Below are positions 1 through 13,614 of a stretch of DNA of 64,000 bases, piece by piece. A program made the translations under genes and the position numbers. Within the stretch, counting starts at the first letter, position 1. Each line of letters begins with the position of its first letter. Source of the DNA: Octopus sinensis (lineage: Eukaryota); the NCBI RefSeq assembly GCF_006345805.1, contig NC_043005.1, positions 62,000,001 through 62,064,000 of the forward strand, given 5' to 3'. The notes beneath the pieces were generated by a model. That model did no database searches. It saw nothing but the letters and a program-made list of their open reading frames with translations, and was not told where the DNA came from.

Positions 1-1977
1 GCATTTGTGTCCCATAGAGACTGGTTATTATTTAACTCCATGTCAGCCTTTTTGAAACAAACCTGTAATTAGAAGCATTCAAGCCATGTACATTCCATCT
101 TTTGTGTATATATATTTGGTAGTCAAGAGATTAAAAGAGACCAGTTAGAATGATGGGAAGATAACATAATGAAAAAATCTGGGCTCACCTAGAAGAGAAG
201 GGTACAATCAAATGAAAAATGGAAGTGGATTGTAACCAGCAATCCCTATAAATGTCTGATAGTCTGATTGATAGAGCAACACTTTAGTTATCTGTTACTA
301 CATCACCCAATGTGTTACTACTTTTCAAGCTAATGAGATAGTGTGAAGGAAATTTAGCTACTATTTCTAGCTGGCTGAGCATGGAGAATATGGGTGGAGA
401 ACTTTTCATCTTCAGATTTGAAGCAGGTGCTGATCACCATCATTAAAAACCCACAAAGTAAAAAACGATTTTAAGCCTTAAGCTCAAAGCATTAATTTAA
501 TGTATTAGTCAGTGAATTGGTTGTGGATAGAATGCCTCAATATTTGTTCTAACTCTGTACTTTAGGTTCAAATCCCAATGTAGTCAACTTTGCCTTTTAT
601 GTTATTGATGTTGATTACAAAAGTACCAATCCAGGATGATGAATTAATGGAACTGTTACAGCATTGGACAACAAAATATCTTGCCGTATCAATACTAGCT
701 TTTTGTGTTCTGAAAGAAACCACTTGCAATAATACTAGTGCTAAGCTGTAGTGGCTTTTAGCTGGGGTCTTCACCTTAGACAACACTGGTAGCATAGATA
801 GGGTATATTTCGATGTATGGGCAATGGTTATAATTTCATGAAAATATCCTTGCTCCGGCCTATGTTTATAGATGTAGATACAACATAGTTATAAATTTGT
901 AAAATTAATGATTTATTAATTTATTCAATATAGATGTTCAATAACAGCTTTTTATATATTTGCAATTCAATTCAGACACTAGAAAAAAAATTCCCTCCCT
1001 GATGCCAGAAGCTTCCACAATTTATTCAGTAAAGTCATTTAATTATGTTATATGAACAAACAAATCATGCCAGCTTCCAAACGAAAATCTAATAACAACA
1101 ACTGCTGTGAATCATTCATATGTAACCTACATTTTATTGAACTAAGTTAATTGTAAATTTGTTTTAATGAACATTATAATTATCATATATATTATAAATT
1201 GAGGTTTTGATATAAATTATAATTTTAATAGAAATTACAAATCAGTGGTTTAATATAAATTATAATCATGTAAATTATATTTCAATATACATTATACTTT
1301 ATAATTTTAATAGAAATTATAAATTGTTATTTTTGAGTTGGATTATAAATTTAATATGACTTATAAACTGATGTTTTAATGTATGTTATAATTTAAGTAT
1401 GACTTATATATTGAAATGACTATATAAACAATATCAAACTTTGTCTTTTCATTCCAATGGATTGGCAGAATCAGCAATGCACGAGACAAAATATCTGCAG
1501 TATTTAGTTATGGTGTTTTATGTTCTGAGTTCAAATCCTGCTTAGGACAGCTTTGCCTTTCCTCCTCCTAGGCAATATGAACCTCCTAGTTAAGTCGCCT
1601 TTCATTTAGTTCCAACTATTTCTCATTTCTTGGATTGAAGTTTTCATATCACAGGTTCCATTGCAGTATGTGCTGACAGAACTCTGATTTTATTCTCTGT
1701 CAATTTTGGTGTATGTCAAGATTTATGATATCCTTCACAGTCTTACCTCTGTATACTTAACGACTAATTGCTATGATTTCTAGCCTCATGATATTTACAC
1801 ATCTTTTGTAGTTGATGCCATCCTTTGCTTCTCTTTAATATACAGTGTTTAATCTGTCCAGGTTATGAAATACACTGCACTTATAAACAATGGGAATATG
1901 ACAACCATTTTGTCGCTTCAGCATTACCAAGATGCAATCACAGCACATATTATATAACCTTATGTCACACTATTTAA

Positions 1978-2197
1978 CCCTTTAGCATTCAGATTACTCT
2001 GTCAAATGAAAAGTTTATTATTTATATTGCTTTGAATGAATCATACATTATCCTGTAGCTTTGACATTTTAATGATGTGATTGTTTATTTTTTAGAATGA
2101 TTTTGTAAGATAAGCATAAGATACTGGATCTGACTGGTTTGAACAAAAAGCAGGCGAAATACTTTAGTTAGATATGACCAGTTTTGATGCTAAAACA
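1978..2197. mobile_element. piggyBac-type MITE, copy 1 (TTAA|CCCTTTAGCAT...ATGCTAAAGGG|TTAA family)
   Basis: TTAA at 1974-1977 followed by CCCTTTAGCATTC; decayed right end GATGCTAAAACA|TTAA at 2186-2201; body matches copies at 26.6 and 39.8 kb. TTAA target and CCC/GGG ends are piggyBac hallmarks. Confidence 0.6.
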
Positions 2198-2920
2198 TTA
2201 AACATGAACATCTCACTAAAGTCACAACAAATTACTAGGTATCACAATCTCTCGTGACAACTTCACATATGTAAATGCACATACACATACAACAAGCTTC
2301 CATATTCACTCACACAATTTTGGTTTTCTCAGGACTATTGTCAAAAACAGTTATCTCTCTCTGTCTTTCCACCTCCCTCTCTCAAATGAGTCAATGTGGA
2401 AACCTCTGTGTTTGTTTCACAGTCTTTCCCTTGTACCAGTGCAAAGACACAATTTCTCCACAAGAACGTTTAAATAAAGAAACCTTTTTTTCATTGAAAA
2501 ATACAAAACGCATCTTAATATGCATGCATAACCAACTTTTATCCTTTTACATATTTCAATCACCGTACATAAATCCCCTCACTAAACAAGTTTTCCGAAG
2601 CATTTTTTTGTGTGTATATATATTCCCCTCCCCTTACCGATAGCTGAACAGTTATTTCCCTTGCCTACAACAATAACAATAATAACGATAACCAATTACC
2701 TTCCCTTATTTTTCTACTTGTGAAGTCATTCACTCATAAATATCATCACACACAACATAGACAAAATTTTAAGTAAATACATATTCAAATAAGTAAACCA
2801 TAATATCATGAATAACGAAAGCGAAACCAGTCGATATATTAAAAATTATATTAATACCAAGTAAAGTGTGCATTTTCCTGTTTTAATTTCTTATATATAT
2901 ATATATATATATAGTTTTTG

Positions 2921-3081
2921 TATGTGGCAGATGCACTGGGACAATAGGCACCAAAGATGTTCAGAAAACAGATTCCATCACATGCCAGGGGGAAAAAACT
3001 AGAAGTAGTTGATAGCTTCCATTACCTAGGTGACTAAGTCAGTAGAAGGGGTGGATGCTCTGAGAGTGTAGTTGCTAGAAT
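2921..3081 (+). mobile_element. RTE LINE ORF fragment
   Basis: Matches the reverse complement of ~21800-21960 of the long RTE copy (EKLEVVDSFHYLGD region). Confidence 0.75.
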
Positions 3082-3175
3082 TTTTGATAGGTGTGCAGCA
3101 CACATCTAGCACACCTGCAATATATGCCCCTGATATATCCACATACATACATACATAAGTACACACATATATGCA

Positions 3176-3306
3176 TATCATCATTTAGCATCCATTGTCC
3201 ATGGGTTGGATGGTTTGACCAGGGCTGGCAAGCTGGAATAGTGCACCAGATCCCAGTCTGATTTGGCATGGTTTCTATGGCTGGATGCCCTTCCTAACGC
3301 CAACCA
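3176..3306 (-). mobile_element. RTE 3' end fragment
   Basis: CATCAT tail plus GGCTGGATGCCCTTCCTAACGCCAACCA motif shared with the 3' UTR of the RTE copies at 20.6 and 42.8 kb. Confidence 0.7.
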
Positions 3307-3363
3307 ATCTACCACAGGTTCCTTCCATAGTTAGAGATCAGCTCTTCTTTGGGTCTTCTCAAT

Positions 3364-3490
3364 CTGTGGTAGAGGTAGACCCAGGAAGACATGGGACAAG
3401 GTGGTGAAGCATGATCTTTGAACTTTGGCCTCACAGAGGCAATGACTGAGACCTCTGGCATTATGTCATGCTTGAGAAGAAGACCCATCA
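3364..3490 (+). mobile_element. RTE ORF C-terminal fragment
   Basis: Translates CGRGRPRKTWDKVVKHDL, matching the end of ORF 41809-42279. Confidence 0.7.
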
Positions 3491-4024
3491 AGCCATATAA
3501 AATTGCAGTCATGGCAGATACTGGTGTCATGCAAATGGCAACCATGCCAGTGGCATGTAAAATCAACCATTACAGTCTAAAACAACATATGCACATATAT
3601 ATTATATAATTAAGTAAACGTGTGTGTGTGTTTGTAGACAAAAATGCTGGAGAGCTTTAAAAAGAATTTTTCAGCTAGAGGACTGTTTAGGACAAAGAAT
3701 GACAAATAGGCTACAAAACAGATGTTGAGAAAATAAATAGATAAAAAAGAAAAAAACAAAGGCTAAAGTAATAATGAAGGACATGCCATGGAAAGAGGAG
3801 AATAAGGAACTGGTTTCTTTGGGTCTTTTATTCCAATGACAGTTTTAATAATGAAAACATTATTATGACATTCCACAGACTTCATTTTAACAAGTTCCTG
3901 AGTTCGTTGCATACCTGTATTATGTATCTAATTCGAAGGGTGATTTACATGTGTGTATATGTAAATATGTATGTATATAAACACATGCATACATACATTA
4001 GATATATGTATGCATTTGTATGTA

Positions 4025-4032
<8 letters not shown>

Positions 4033-4079
<47 letters not shown>

Positions 4080-4465
4080 TCATATATATATATATATATA
4101 TCGTCATATATATATATATATATATATATATATCGTCATATATATATATATATATATATCGTCATATATATATATATATATATATCGTCATATATATATA
4201 TATATATATATATATCGTCATATATATATATATATATACATATCGTCATATATATATATATATATATATATATCGTCATATATATATATATATATATCGT
4301 CATATATATATATATATATATATATTGTCATATATATATATATATATATATATATCGTCATATATATATATATATATATATATATATCGTCATATATATA
4401 TATATATATATATATCGTCATATATATATATATATATATCGTCATATATATATATATATATATAC
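4033..4465. repeat. Compound microsatellite: (TA)n punctuated by TCGTCA
   Basis: Repeated (TA)n-TCGTCA blocks seen directly. Confidence 0.95.
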
Positions 4466-5252
4466 ACATGTACATACGTACATATACATGTATGTGTATG
4501 TATATACATACATTATATAAAAGTGCGTATTTGTATGTGTGTGTGTTTAGTTATTCAAATCCGTGTAAAAACTTTTTAAAAGTTTCTATGACTGACCTGA
4601 AAGAAATTTTTTTTATGTCACCTATTTGTATCTGTTTCAATTTCTTTTCATTTTAACACTTTACGCACGAACTAATCCAATAAAGCTCATAAAACAACAA
4701 TACCTTGATTAACAGTGCAAATGCAAGGCAGTGCATTGGGAGAATTGTTTCAGCCTTGAACACATTGTCTTTCCTTATTTGCTTCAACTTTCTATGCTTT
4801 GAGTTCAAAACCCACTGAGGTCCAGTGAACAAGTCTCTATCTGGTTACTTGACCTGCCATAAAAAGTAACCACATTTCCCTTAGTTTATACACCCCATTT
4901 AAATAAAGAAATCATTCTTTTATTTGTTTCTGTGGCCATGCAAGGGCATTGCCATGAAGAATTTTTAGTTGAATGAATCAACCTCAGTACTTATTTTTTT
5001 AAAGCTTGGTACCTATTCTTTTGCTGAACCATTAAGTTACAGGAATGTAAGCACACTAACACCAGTTATCAAGCAGTGATAGGAGATGAACTCATACATG
5101 TACATATACATGCATGCATATACATATATATATATATATTATATATTGAATTTTTCCCTGTTAGTTTGGAATAATATTCCCTCATATTATTACATATATA
5201 TATATATATATTTATTGGTAAAAATAGTAAGACAACGAAAGAGACGAATTTG

Positions 5253-5448
5253 TCTGTAAATGTAATATGTGACAGTTATTCGGTAGCCATGATAAACCTC
5301 CGAGTTTCGGATGCTGAGGTGGAAATCCACGCCGCCCTCTCTTCAGTTATCTGGCTATCGAGATGGTGGCGTGGATTTCCACCTCGGCATCTGAAACTCA
5401 TAGGTTTATCATGGCTACCGAATAACTATCACATATTACATTTACAGA
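5253..5448. repeat. ~196-bp near-perfect palindrome between (TA)n tracts
   Basis: TCTGTAAATGTAATATGTGA...CCACGCCGCC (5253-5336) pairs with GGTGGCGTGG...TCACATATTACATTTACAGA (5365-5448) with few mismatches. Confidence 0.92.
5281..5360 (-). ncRNA. Type I hammerhead-like motif (imperfect)
   Basis: Minus strand: TAGCCA-GATAA CTGAAGA [stem II region with GTGG/CCAC hairpin] GAAA CTCGGAGGT TTATC-A-TGGCTA. Both core motifs and an extended stem I are present; the cleavage-triplet register is ambiguous. Confidence 0.5.
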
Positions 5449-5683
5449 TATATATATATATATGATGGGTTCTTTCAGTTTCCACCTAACATATTCACTC
5501 ACAAGGTTTTGGTCAGCCTGAGGCTAAAATAGAAGACTCTTGTACAAAGTGTCATGCAGTGAGACTGAACTTAGAACCACGATGTTGAGGAGCAAGCTTC
5601 TTATCACACAGCCACCCCTGCATCTATAATCATTAATTTTCATATTTCTTTTGCTTACATTGTTCATAATTATTTCCATTCAC

Positions 5684-5921
5684 AGATACAGGAATAATTT
5701 GCTGTTGGTTTAGAGAACATGGTAGACTTCACATGCTTTTTGTTCAGCTCTGTGTATATTGTATGTAAATATATTCTAGTGATGTGACAGTATTTGTCGA
5801 GATGGATGAACAACCATATAGAGGCTTCATCATTGGCTTGAGATGGATTAGATAGTTGAAAGAGGAGTACGTTCAACCACAGATAGATTGCAAGTGATGT
5901 GACAGAACATTTGAATATCAT
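5684..5921 (-). CDS. Candidate coding exon with signal-peptide-like start (unverified)
   Basis: AG acceptor immediately before ATG 5921; MIFKCSVTSLAIYLWLNVLLFQLSNPSQA|NDEASIWLF...; GTGAAT donor after 5684; non-repetitive. No recognised homology. Confidence 0.25.
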
Positions 5922-7610
5922 CTATCAACACTTAGTCAAAATGTCTGCTTCTCTGTCAACTCATTCACCAGCAACTGTATATTCAATAGCAATGTTTCAT
6001 AAATAACAACATTTAACACTTTCAAACAAAATTGGAGACATTTATATGGTTAACAGAAGAAATATACATTCAAAGAAGAACCGTTTCTTATGTTTCTCTC
6101 ACTTTCAATCAATAGATATTTCCAAATAAGACAGTGAGAAAACATGGAGTCACGAAAAACTTAGAAATTCATTTCACAATATTAGCCAGAGGCATGTGAT
6201 TAGAGAGTTGCAATACAATGAAAACATAGAATACATCTGAGTTATAGTGCACCTTCTGATTGATATATTTTCTTATTATATAATTTACTGCATATCTCTT
6301 TTTATCAAAGTAATATTAATACTGCCCTGGGGTTTATTTATGTACAATTTATGTTAGATAGATTGAAACACCATACCAAGTTTATTTATATTAGCAGAGT
6401 CCCTTGTACTTTAACACAAACACACACATGCATGTACACACACACACACACATATACACACATACAACTGATTTATTTCTATTTTTCATGTCTTGTTAAA
6501 GGAAATCTAAGTCAAAGACACAGAAACATAGAGTTTACTTAAATAGCAGCTCTGTCCATGTGATTAATTACTTGCTTGCTTGTTTATTTGCTTGGCTGGC
6601 TTGGCTGGTTGCTTGATTGGTTCTCTTTACAATATATTTGCCGTTTTGTCAGAAGACAGTGTCCGTGACCATTTGTAGGTTAGACAGAATTGGCAGAGTC
6701 ATTAAATCATGAGATAAAATACCTTGTTGTATTTACTCTAGCTTCTGTTGTTCTGAGTTCAAATTTTGCTGCAGTCAATTTTGCTGTCATTTTTTTAAGT
6801 CAATAAATAAAGTACCACACAGTAGTGTGATTTGAGAGAGGACCAGCTGAGAGCTATGAACTAGCAGAATCATTAGACAATTTTTCTATGGACCAGGGGA
6901 TCATGTACACAGCAAAACTCAAACAGACATTGTATAACATATATATAATGTAAATATGATACCTATTTCATACAAAAACACCTTGAAGACTGCAATAAAC
7001 ATCATCATTTAACATCCGGTGTTCATACTGTCATGGATTGGACAGCTTGACCAGAACTGACAAGCTGAGGAGCTGCATCAGACTTCAGTCTGATGTGACA
7101 TGGCTTTTACAGCTGGATGCCCTTCCTAATGCCAACCACTTTATAGAGTGTGCTGGGTGCTTTTATGTGGCACCACATGGATGCTTTTACATGGCAATAA
7201 AATAGAAATGAAATTAAAAAATATATTCTTGCAGTGTGACCAAATATTACATGGATCTGGTTCTGGTTTGTGGTCCTGTAGTTAGGAACTGCTGCACTTC
7301 AAATTATGTGGCTTTGAATTGAAACACACTGTAAGACACCTTGGCCAAGTGTTTTCTTCCATAATATCAAGTTAACCAAAACCTTGTGAGGGCAATTTGG
7401 TAGATGGGAACATTGTAGAAACCTGTCCAGAGAAACCGTTCCTGGTAATGGGTATCAGACTTTATCTATTGCCTGGTTCCTGGATGACTTTAGCTGAGGT
7501 CATTCTGTTGCAGGCAATTGGATCAGGTCTTTAGTTTGAAGTTAATTTTCCTACCTTCCTCCACCAGTCCAGGTAACTCTGAAAAGAGTCATGGGCATGA
7601 CTTTTCTTCT

Positions 7611-7613
<3 letters not shown>

Positions 7614-7668
<55 letters not shown>
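7614..7668. repeat. (CT)n microsatellite
   Basis: Seen directly. Confidence 0.95.
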
Positions 7669-7673
<5 letters not shown>

Positions 7674-8403
7674 TGTCATGCCCACAAGTATCACTGATTA
7701 TATACATCCATGCCAAAGTTTGATAATTCATGATTTTTTTTTTCTGGGAAAATGTACAGCAGTAACATCTTGAATCCTTCTGTTAGTTTATTTACAGTTT
7801 ACCCTGCTAGTTTGCTGCCGAACTTATTGTTGAGGTACAGGGCCTATTGAAACCTTAGATAGATAGAGTGGTTCATGTGACATCAGGCATATCCAAACAC
7901 CAGTAAGCCAGTCCCATGCCTGAGCCTGATATACCTTAGTCACAGGGCGATATGCTGTTAATTGCTCCATACCCAAGATCTTTAGCAAGTACTGCCTCAC
8001 AAGCCAGAATATACCTGGAAATAGGGGATGGCTAAAGGATGACTGTATACACCTCTACACTCCTGAACTCCTGAGCTAGGTCTTAACCACTGGGTGCAGT
8101 TTAATATCTTCTCCAGAACATCTGACTAAAGCATTTTAAAAGAAAAAAAAGAGAGAGATTGCGCTGCAATCTGATGTCTAGTGATTGCATCAGAGTGGAT
8201 TAATCTAATAAACAGGCAGCATCTATCTTTTACTTGTTTCAGACATTGGACTGTGGGTCATGATTGGTCACCACCCCAGTACTTATTTTTCTTTTAAGCC
8301 TATTATTTATTCTATCAGTTTCTTATGCTGAACTGTTAAGTTATGGGAGCATAAGCAAACTAACAGTTGTCGAGAAATGGTGACAAACATAGACACACAC
8401 ACA

Positions 8404-8808
8404 TCTATAATAATAAATGCCAAATTGTGTCTGTTCAACCATCTGGGACTCCCTGTATCTCACGCTACATTTGCTCTACATAGACATATTATAGCTTTTG
8501 GAATCAGGATGATCCCAGGATTGAAAATCTGCCCTTCATTTGGTTTTCAAACACCCAGCATTGGGATCAGGTCTGGACGAAGATTTGTTATGCTAAAAGT
8601 GGAAAATTAATATTTTTTAAAACCTGAACTCCCCAAATTTGTGAAATTACAAGTTTTTCAATTAAACTCAATTTAACGTAATATTATATTGGTAGGGTAC
8701 CAATAAATGCTTTATTATTATTGCACTCTTTAGTTTTGGGCTGCAGACCTAATTAGCCCTCTGCAGGTGCTATCTTAAAAGTGCACATGGAGTGCAGCTT
8801 TTAAGCCA

Positions 8809-8809
<1 letters not shown>
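8404..8809 (+). mobile_element. Possible non-autonomous Helitron-like element
   Basis: Starts A|TCTATAATAATAAA; subterminal hairpin CTTAAAAG-TGCAC/GTGCA-CTTTTAAG; ends CCAG|T (not the canonical CTRR). Confidence 0.3.
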
Positions 8810-8854
<45 letters not shown>

Positions 8855-8856
<2 letters not shown>

Positions 8857-9238
8857 AAGCACTCCGTCGGTTACGACGACGAGGGTTCCGGTTGATCCGA
8901 ATCAACGGAACAGCCTGCTCGTGAAATTAACGTGTAAGTGGCTGAGCACTCCACAGACATGTGTACCCTTAACGTAGTTCTCGGGGATATTCAGCATGAC
9001 ACAGAGAGTGACAAGGCCGGCCCTTTGAAATACAGGTACAACAGAAACAGGAAGTAAGAGTGAGAGAAAGTTGTGGTGAAAGAGTACAGCAGGGATCACC
9101 ACCATCCCCTGCCGGAGTCTCGTGGAGCTTTAGGTGTTTTTCGCTCAATAAACACTCACAACGCCCGGTCTGGGAATCGAAACCGCGATCCTATGACCGC
9201 GAGTCCGCTGCCCTAACAACTGGGCCATTGCGCATCCA
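8855..9238 (-). mobile_element. Young tRNA-headed CORE-type SINE (family B) in a (TA)n tract
   Basis: Minus strand begins with a tRNA-like A/B-box head (TGGCCCAGTTGTTAGG...GGTTTCGATTCCC); its 3' part matches 39881-40186; CpG-rich. Confidence 0.85.
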
Positions 9239-10989
9239 CATATATATATATATATATATACATACATACACACACAAACACAATGGTTTTCTTTCAGTTT
9301 CCATCTACCAAATCCACTCACATGACTTTGGTCAGACCAGGACTATAATAGAAGAAACTTGCAGGGGAAATGAATATGGAACTGTGTGGCTGGGAAGCAA
9401 ACTTCTTATCACAGAGATATGCCTGAACCTCTGTACAATTTATGTTTACCCAGTTTTACTAAGAAGTGTCTAGAATTACTACATCACCTAAAGTGACCTT
9501 ATATTATTCATGAGTGTGATTTGAGGAAATTTTGACAGCTATTACTAGCAGGTCAACTAACCACTTATGCTTTTTAGTCTTGATAATGTTATTATTTACA
9601 TGAGTGAAATTTCTTACTCCATAATATCTGTTCACATCTAGCTTGTTTGTGCCATTTAAAAATTTAATGTTTTAGTAACAGACAGACGCAAATGCCATGC
9701 TGATAAAGAAGGCTAAAATTCCTGAGAATGGTCATTCTCACATCCCCTAATGTATTACTGTATTACTCAATTTGTTTTACTAACCCTAGACAGATAAAAG
9801 TTTAATCTTATTAAATCCAGGATTTCAAGTATTTAGCATTTGATTCCTTTTGTTACAGAAATGATAATGCCAGAGCTAAAGACATTCGATCTACTAGAAT
9901 TACACTATGTACTGTCTTAAATAAGAAAGATATATTTACCCAGTGGTTGGGATCAGGTTTGACTTGGCATTAAAAAAAAGATAACCAAAACAATAACAAG
10001 TGATGGGATATGAAACAAGAACTATGAGAAACATTATTTAAATAGCAGATTAATTTTTGAAAACATTGCCAACTATAATTTTCAATGAAATTTTGTAATC
10101 TTATTGCAGCTGTTTAACCTAGGGTCTTGAAGAGGATTTGGACAAAGGCTATAGATACAGCTCCTTCCACAAAAGTTTTATTAAATTAATAACACCACAA
10201 TGAAACAGACCAATATTCCAAGGCATTCCAGCAGTGAACATTCCTTTTATTATTTGTACATTAGGGACAAAATTATCCAATATATATTTTTATCACCTTT
10301 TTCTTTTCTTTTTTTTTTTTTTTTTTTTTTTGAGACAGAAGTGCAAGAAGAGTGTTACTTAAGAGAGATTAGATTTCTATATCTAGTAGAAAATCCTGTG
10401 CTGATAGAAAAACTTGTTAATTTGAGACAAAATTTTATCAGAAAGTCTTTAAAAGTCTTCATCTGACAGCTCAATCTTATCTCATCTTCTCAACTCATTA
10501 AGTTTGACATAAAGGAATTTATTGATTTCGTCCAAATGAAAAAAAAAAATAAATAAAGGTTGGTTAACTGATGTGTGATTTTTCAGTAAATTTAATTCAA
10601 AATATTTTTATGAATTCCACACATGATTTAAAAAAAATAATAAGCGGGTAAAGAATACTGTCTGCAACTATAAGATTGCATTATTCAGTTTTCAGGATGG
10701 TTTACACAACTATTTCTTTGTTGATAGGTTTAAAATCTCATCATTTCAATAATCCTATACTGTCTGATTAATCTTTTCTCTATCATCAGTTCCTAAAGTA
10801 TTTTGGGTTTTTTTTTTAGTTTTTACTACTTTTGAGTTTTCCTATTTTATAACCATTTTTCCATGCAAGCTTGAACTAGATATTATTATTTATTTTTTGC
10901 TTTTCATTTTTTTTTGTGCATCAATGTTTGGGAGGAGGCATGTGGTCTTATGGTTAGTGTTGGATCACAATAATAATCTTTTCTACTAT

Positions 10990-11170
10990 AGGCACATGGG
11001 TTGAAATTTTGCAGGAGGGGGCTAGTTGATTACATTTGACCCCATTACTCAACTGGTACTTATTTTATTGACCCCTAAAGGATTAAGGGCAAAGTTGACT
11101 TCAGCAGAATTTGAACTCAGAACATAAAGACAGATGAAATGCTGCTAAGCATTTTGTTCAGTGTGTCAGC
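10990..11170 (-). mobile_element. SINE family C, degenerate
   Basis: AAAGTTGACTTCAGCAGAATTTGAACTCAGAAC core shared with 14654-14886. Confidence 0.65.
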
Positions 11171-11490
11171 TCACAACCAAGATCCCACTCATAATTTGTA
11201 TTTGTGTGGATATCATTATAAAGAACATCCTGTAGGGAATAATTTCCCCACAAATACAATCCATAAAAAAAATGGTTAACCTTTTTGTCACCAACTCATC
11301 TCAGATTGCTTCTGGCTTTATGACAGAAAAATCTATCATTTTAAAGTGTTCATACTTAGTTCAAAACACTCCTGACATGATTTTATGGAAAATCCTTCAC
11401 TATCTTCTATTTATCAACTATCTTCCATTTATCACTATCTTCCTTTCATCAACAATTTTTTAGTATCTTTTAAATAAATTCAAACATATA

Positions 11491-11667
11491 GGCACAGGAG
11501 TGGTTGTATGGTAAGAAGCTTGTTTCTCGACCACATGGTTCCAGGTTCAGTCACACTGTGTGGCACCTTGGGCAAGTGTCTTCTACTATACCCTTGGGCC
11601 AACTAAAGCCTTGTGGGTGGATTTGGTTGACAGAAACTGAAAGAAGCCCATCGTGTGTGTGTGTATG

Positions 11668-11704
<37 letters not shown>

Positions 11705-11912
11705 ATTTGTGTGTCTGTTTTTGTCCCCCACCTTTGCTCTTGACAACTGATGTTAGTGTGTTTATGTCCCTGTAACTTAGCGATTCAGCAAAAGAGACCG
11801 ATAGAATAAGTACTAGGCTTACAAAGAATAAGTCCTGGGGTTGATTTGTTCGACTAAAGATAGTACTCCAGCATGGGTGCAGTCAAGTGACTGAAACAAG
11901 TAAAAGAATAAA
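11491..11912 (+). mobile_element. SINE family A, full length (head + internal microsatellite + tail module)
   Basis: GGCACAGGAGTGG head, GGTTCAGTC B-box, CTTGGGCAAGTG core, (TG/TA)n, then ...GCAGTCAAGTGACTGAAACAAGTAAAAGA tail; same layout at 27.4, 56.6 and 63.0 kb. Confidence 0.85.
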
Positions 11913-12266
11913 TAAAGACAGGTTAATGTTACTGAGAACATATTTAATACCTATGAAGGACTCTCTGTGTGTGGTCACTCAATCTGCAAGAAATAGCAGC
12001 CAAACTGCCTCAAGTCACACCTATTTCATAAAGAGAAGAGAAAGATATTGTCTAAGGTGGTCCTGTTGTCCTAGATACATCATGACCAAATATAAACTGC
12101 AGTGGTTATCACTAGAATGCCCTCTCTTGTACATCAGAATGACATGGGGCTAATCAACAACATTCAACAATGGAAACAGATTTATATTCATTGTTTTTAT
12201 CTTATCATATTGTCAGGAAGAGAGGCAGCACCAACAACCTTTATATTGGACTCCGCAATTAGCGGG

Positions 12267-12620
12267 ACAAAAGGTAAAGGTAAAAGAGTAAAAACTCCCT
12301 TCAGTCATGAATTGCCATGGGATTGCACCTAGGAAGTTTCCCTCCAAAGCACAAATCTTGGCAAAGTTGTTTATGAAAGACCAACAGTTGCCCATACGTA
12401 CCAGCCTCCCCTCTCCATGCCACTGATGATATCCAAGGGATAAGGCAAAGGCCAATACAGCTTGGCACCAGTGATGTCATGATTCTTTTCCACAGCTGAG
12501 TGAACTGGAGCAATGTGAAATAAAAAGTCTTGCTCAAGAACACAACAAACAGCCCTGTCTGAGAATTGAACTCACTACCTTGTAATTGTGAGCCTGGTGC
12601 TCTAACCTTTGAGCCATGCA
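12267..12620 (-). mobile_element. tRNA/CORE SINE with (TTTACC)n-like tail (family F)
   Basis: Minus strand: tRNA-like head, GTGTTCTTGAGCAAGAC core, ends TTTTACCTTTACCTT. Confidence 0.6.
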
Positions 12621-12899
12621 GGAAACTACTATCAAATTATAGATCTAGCATCATTGTTGACACCACTTAAGGCACCAAAGAAATGTGATAGCTTAAACCA
12701 GGTGCTTACCAAGGAATGGTCTCTCTAACAGATTTCCGCATAGTTACCATAAGACTTTACTCAACCCGAAGCTATGGTTGAAGATATTTGCTTGAAGTGC
12801 TGCACAGTGAGACTGAATTTAAAATTACCTAGGTTCAAGGCTAGCTTTTTGACCACATGCCATGGCTCTATCTATCTCACGTTTCAATTCCTGCTGGGT

Positions 12900-13150
12900 G
12901 CAGGAATTGAAACTTTGTTTGGCTAGGGTTTCAATTCTTGCACTATGCCACATAACATGTCTTCTTTAGCAAGATACTTCAATTCGTGTTGCTTCAGTCA
13001 ACTAAGCTGAAAATGAATAAAAGCAACAGCTTGTACAGGTTATCCCTGCAACAGACTGGTGCCCCATTCAGAAGAGTATCTTCTACTTTCATTTACTCAA
13101 ATGCTATGAAAGCTGGGATAAACTCTGGACTAATGAACCTGTAAGCTTCA
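12900..13150 (+). mobile_element. Old CORE-type SINE remnant
   Basis: Degenerate CTTTAGCAAGATACTT core followed by CCCTGCAACAGACTGG...CTGGGATAAACTCTGG, resembling a widespread SINE central domain (recognised from memory). Confidence 0.45.
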
Positions 13151-13614
13151 AACTGACAGTCATGGTGGAATGAAAACATGGTCATGAAGTCAGCTTTGCA
13201 ACTACATGATTTTAAGTTCAATCTTACTGTGCAACTCTTCAGATGAATGTCTTCAACCATAGTCTTAGGTTGACCAATATCATACAAGAACTATGCGGAA
13301 GTCTGTTAGGGAGATCATTCCTTAATTGTGTTTACTGTTGTCATATTTGCCAATAATAAATGGCTGTCAGTCAGTTTTAGCGATGAGTATTCGGTTGTTC
13401 AGTCAACTGAGATACCTGCATATTGAATTAGCATGGGAGTCAGAGAGTGGGTATTCTACAGTCATGTGTATACTTTACATAATCTTCAGGTAGAATCAGT
13501 GTTATACAGTGCATGACAAAACCAATCCCTTTGAATAACAAGTTCATCTGACCAGCTTCCACATAATTCCATCTACCCAATTTTACTCACAAGGTTTGTG
13601 TTAATCCACAACTA

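Noticed and set aside
3865-4656. Long IYIY/YMCV-rich ORFs (also 18673-19421, 30840-31322 and similar)
   Set aside because: Stop-free translations of TA/TG microsatellites.
5686-5855. Plus-strand WD40-like reading DTGIICCW...DVTVFVEMDEQ
   Set aside because: An in-frame TAA cannot be removed by a plausible intron, and it conflicts with the minus-strand candidate; unresolved.
7800-8200. GC-richer segment resembling a LINE 5' UTR on the minus strand
   Set aside because: No second copy in the window and no diagnostic motif, so it cannot be assigned.
13098-13140. Exon-like segment with good splice signals (FISPEFIPAFIAFE)
   Set aside because: It lies within an old SINE central domain, and signals exist on both strands.
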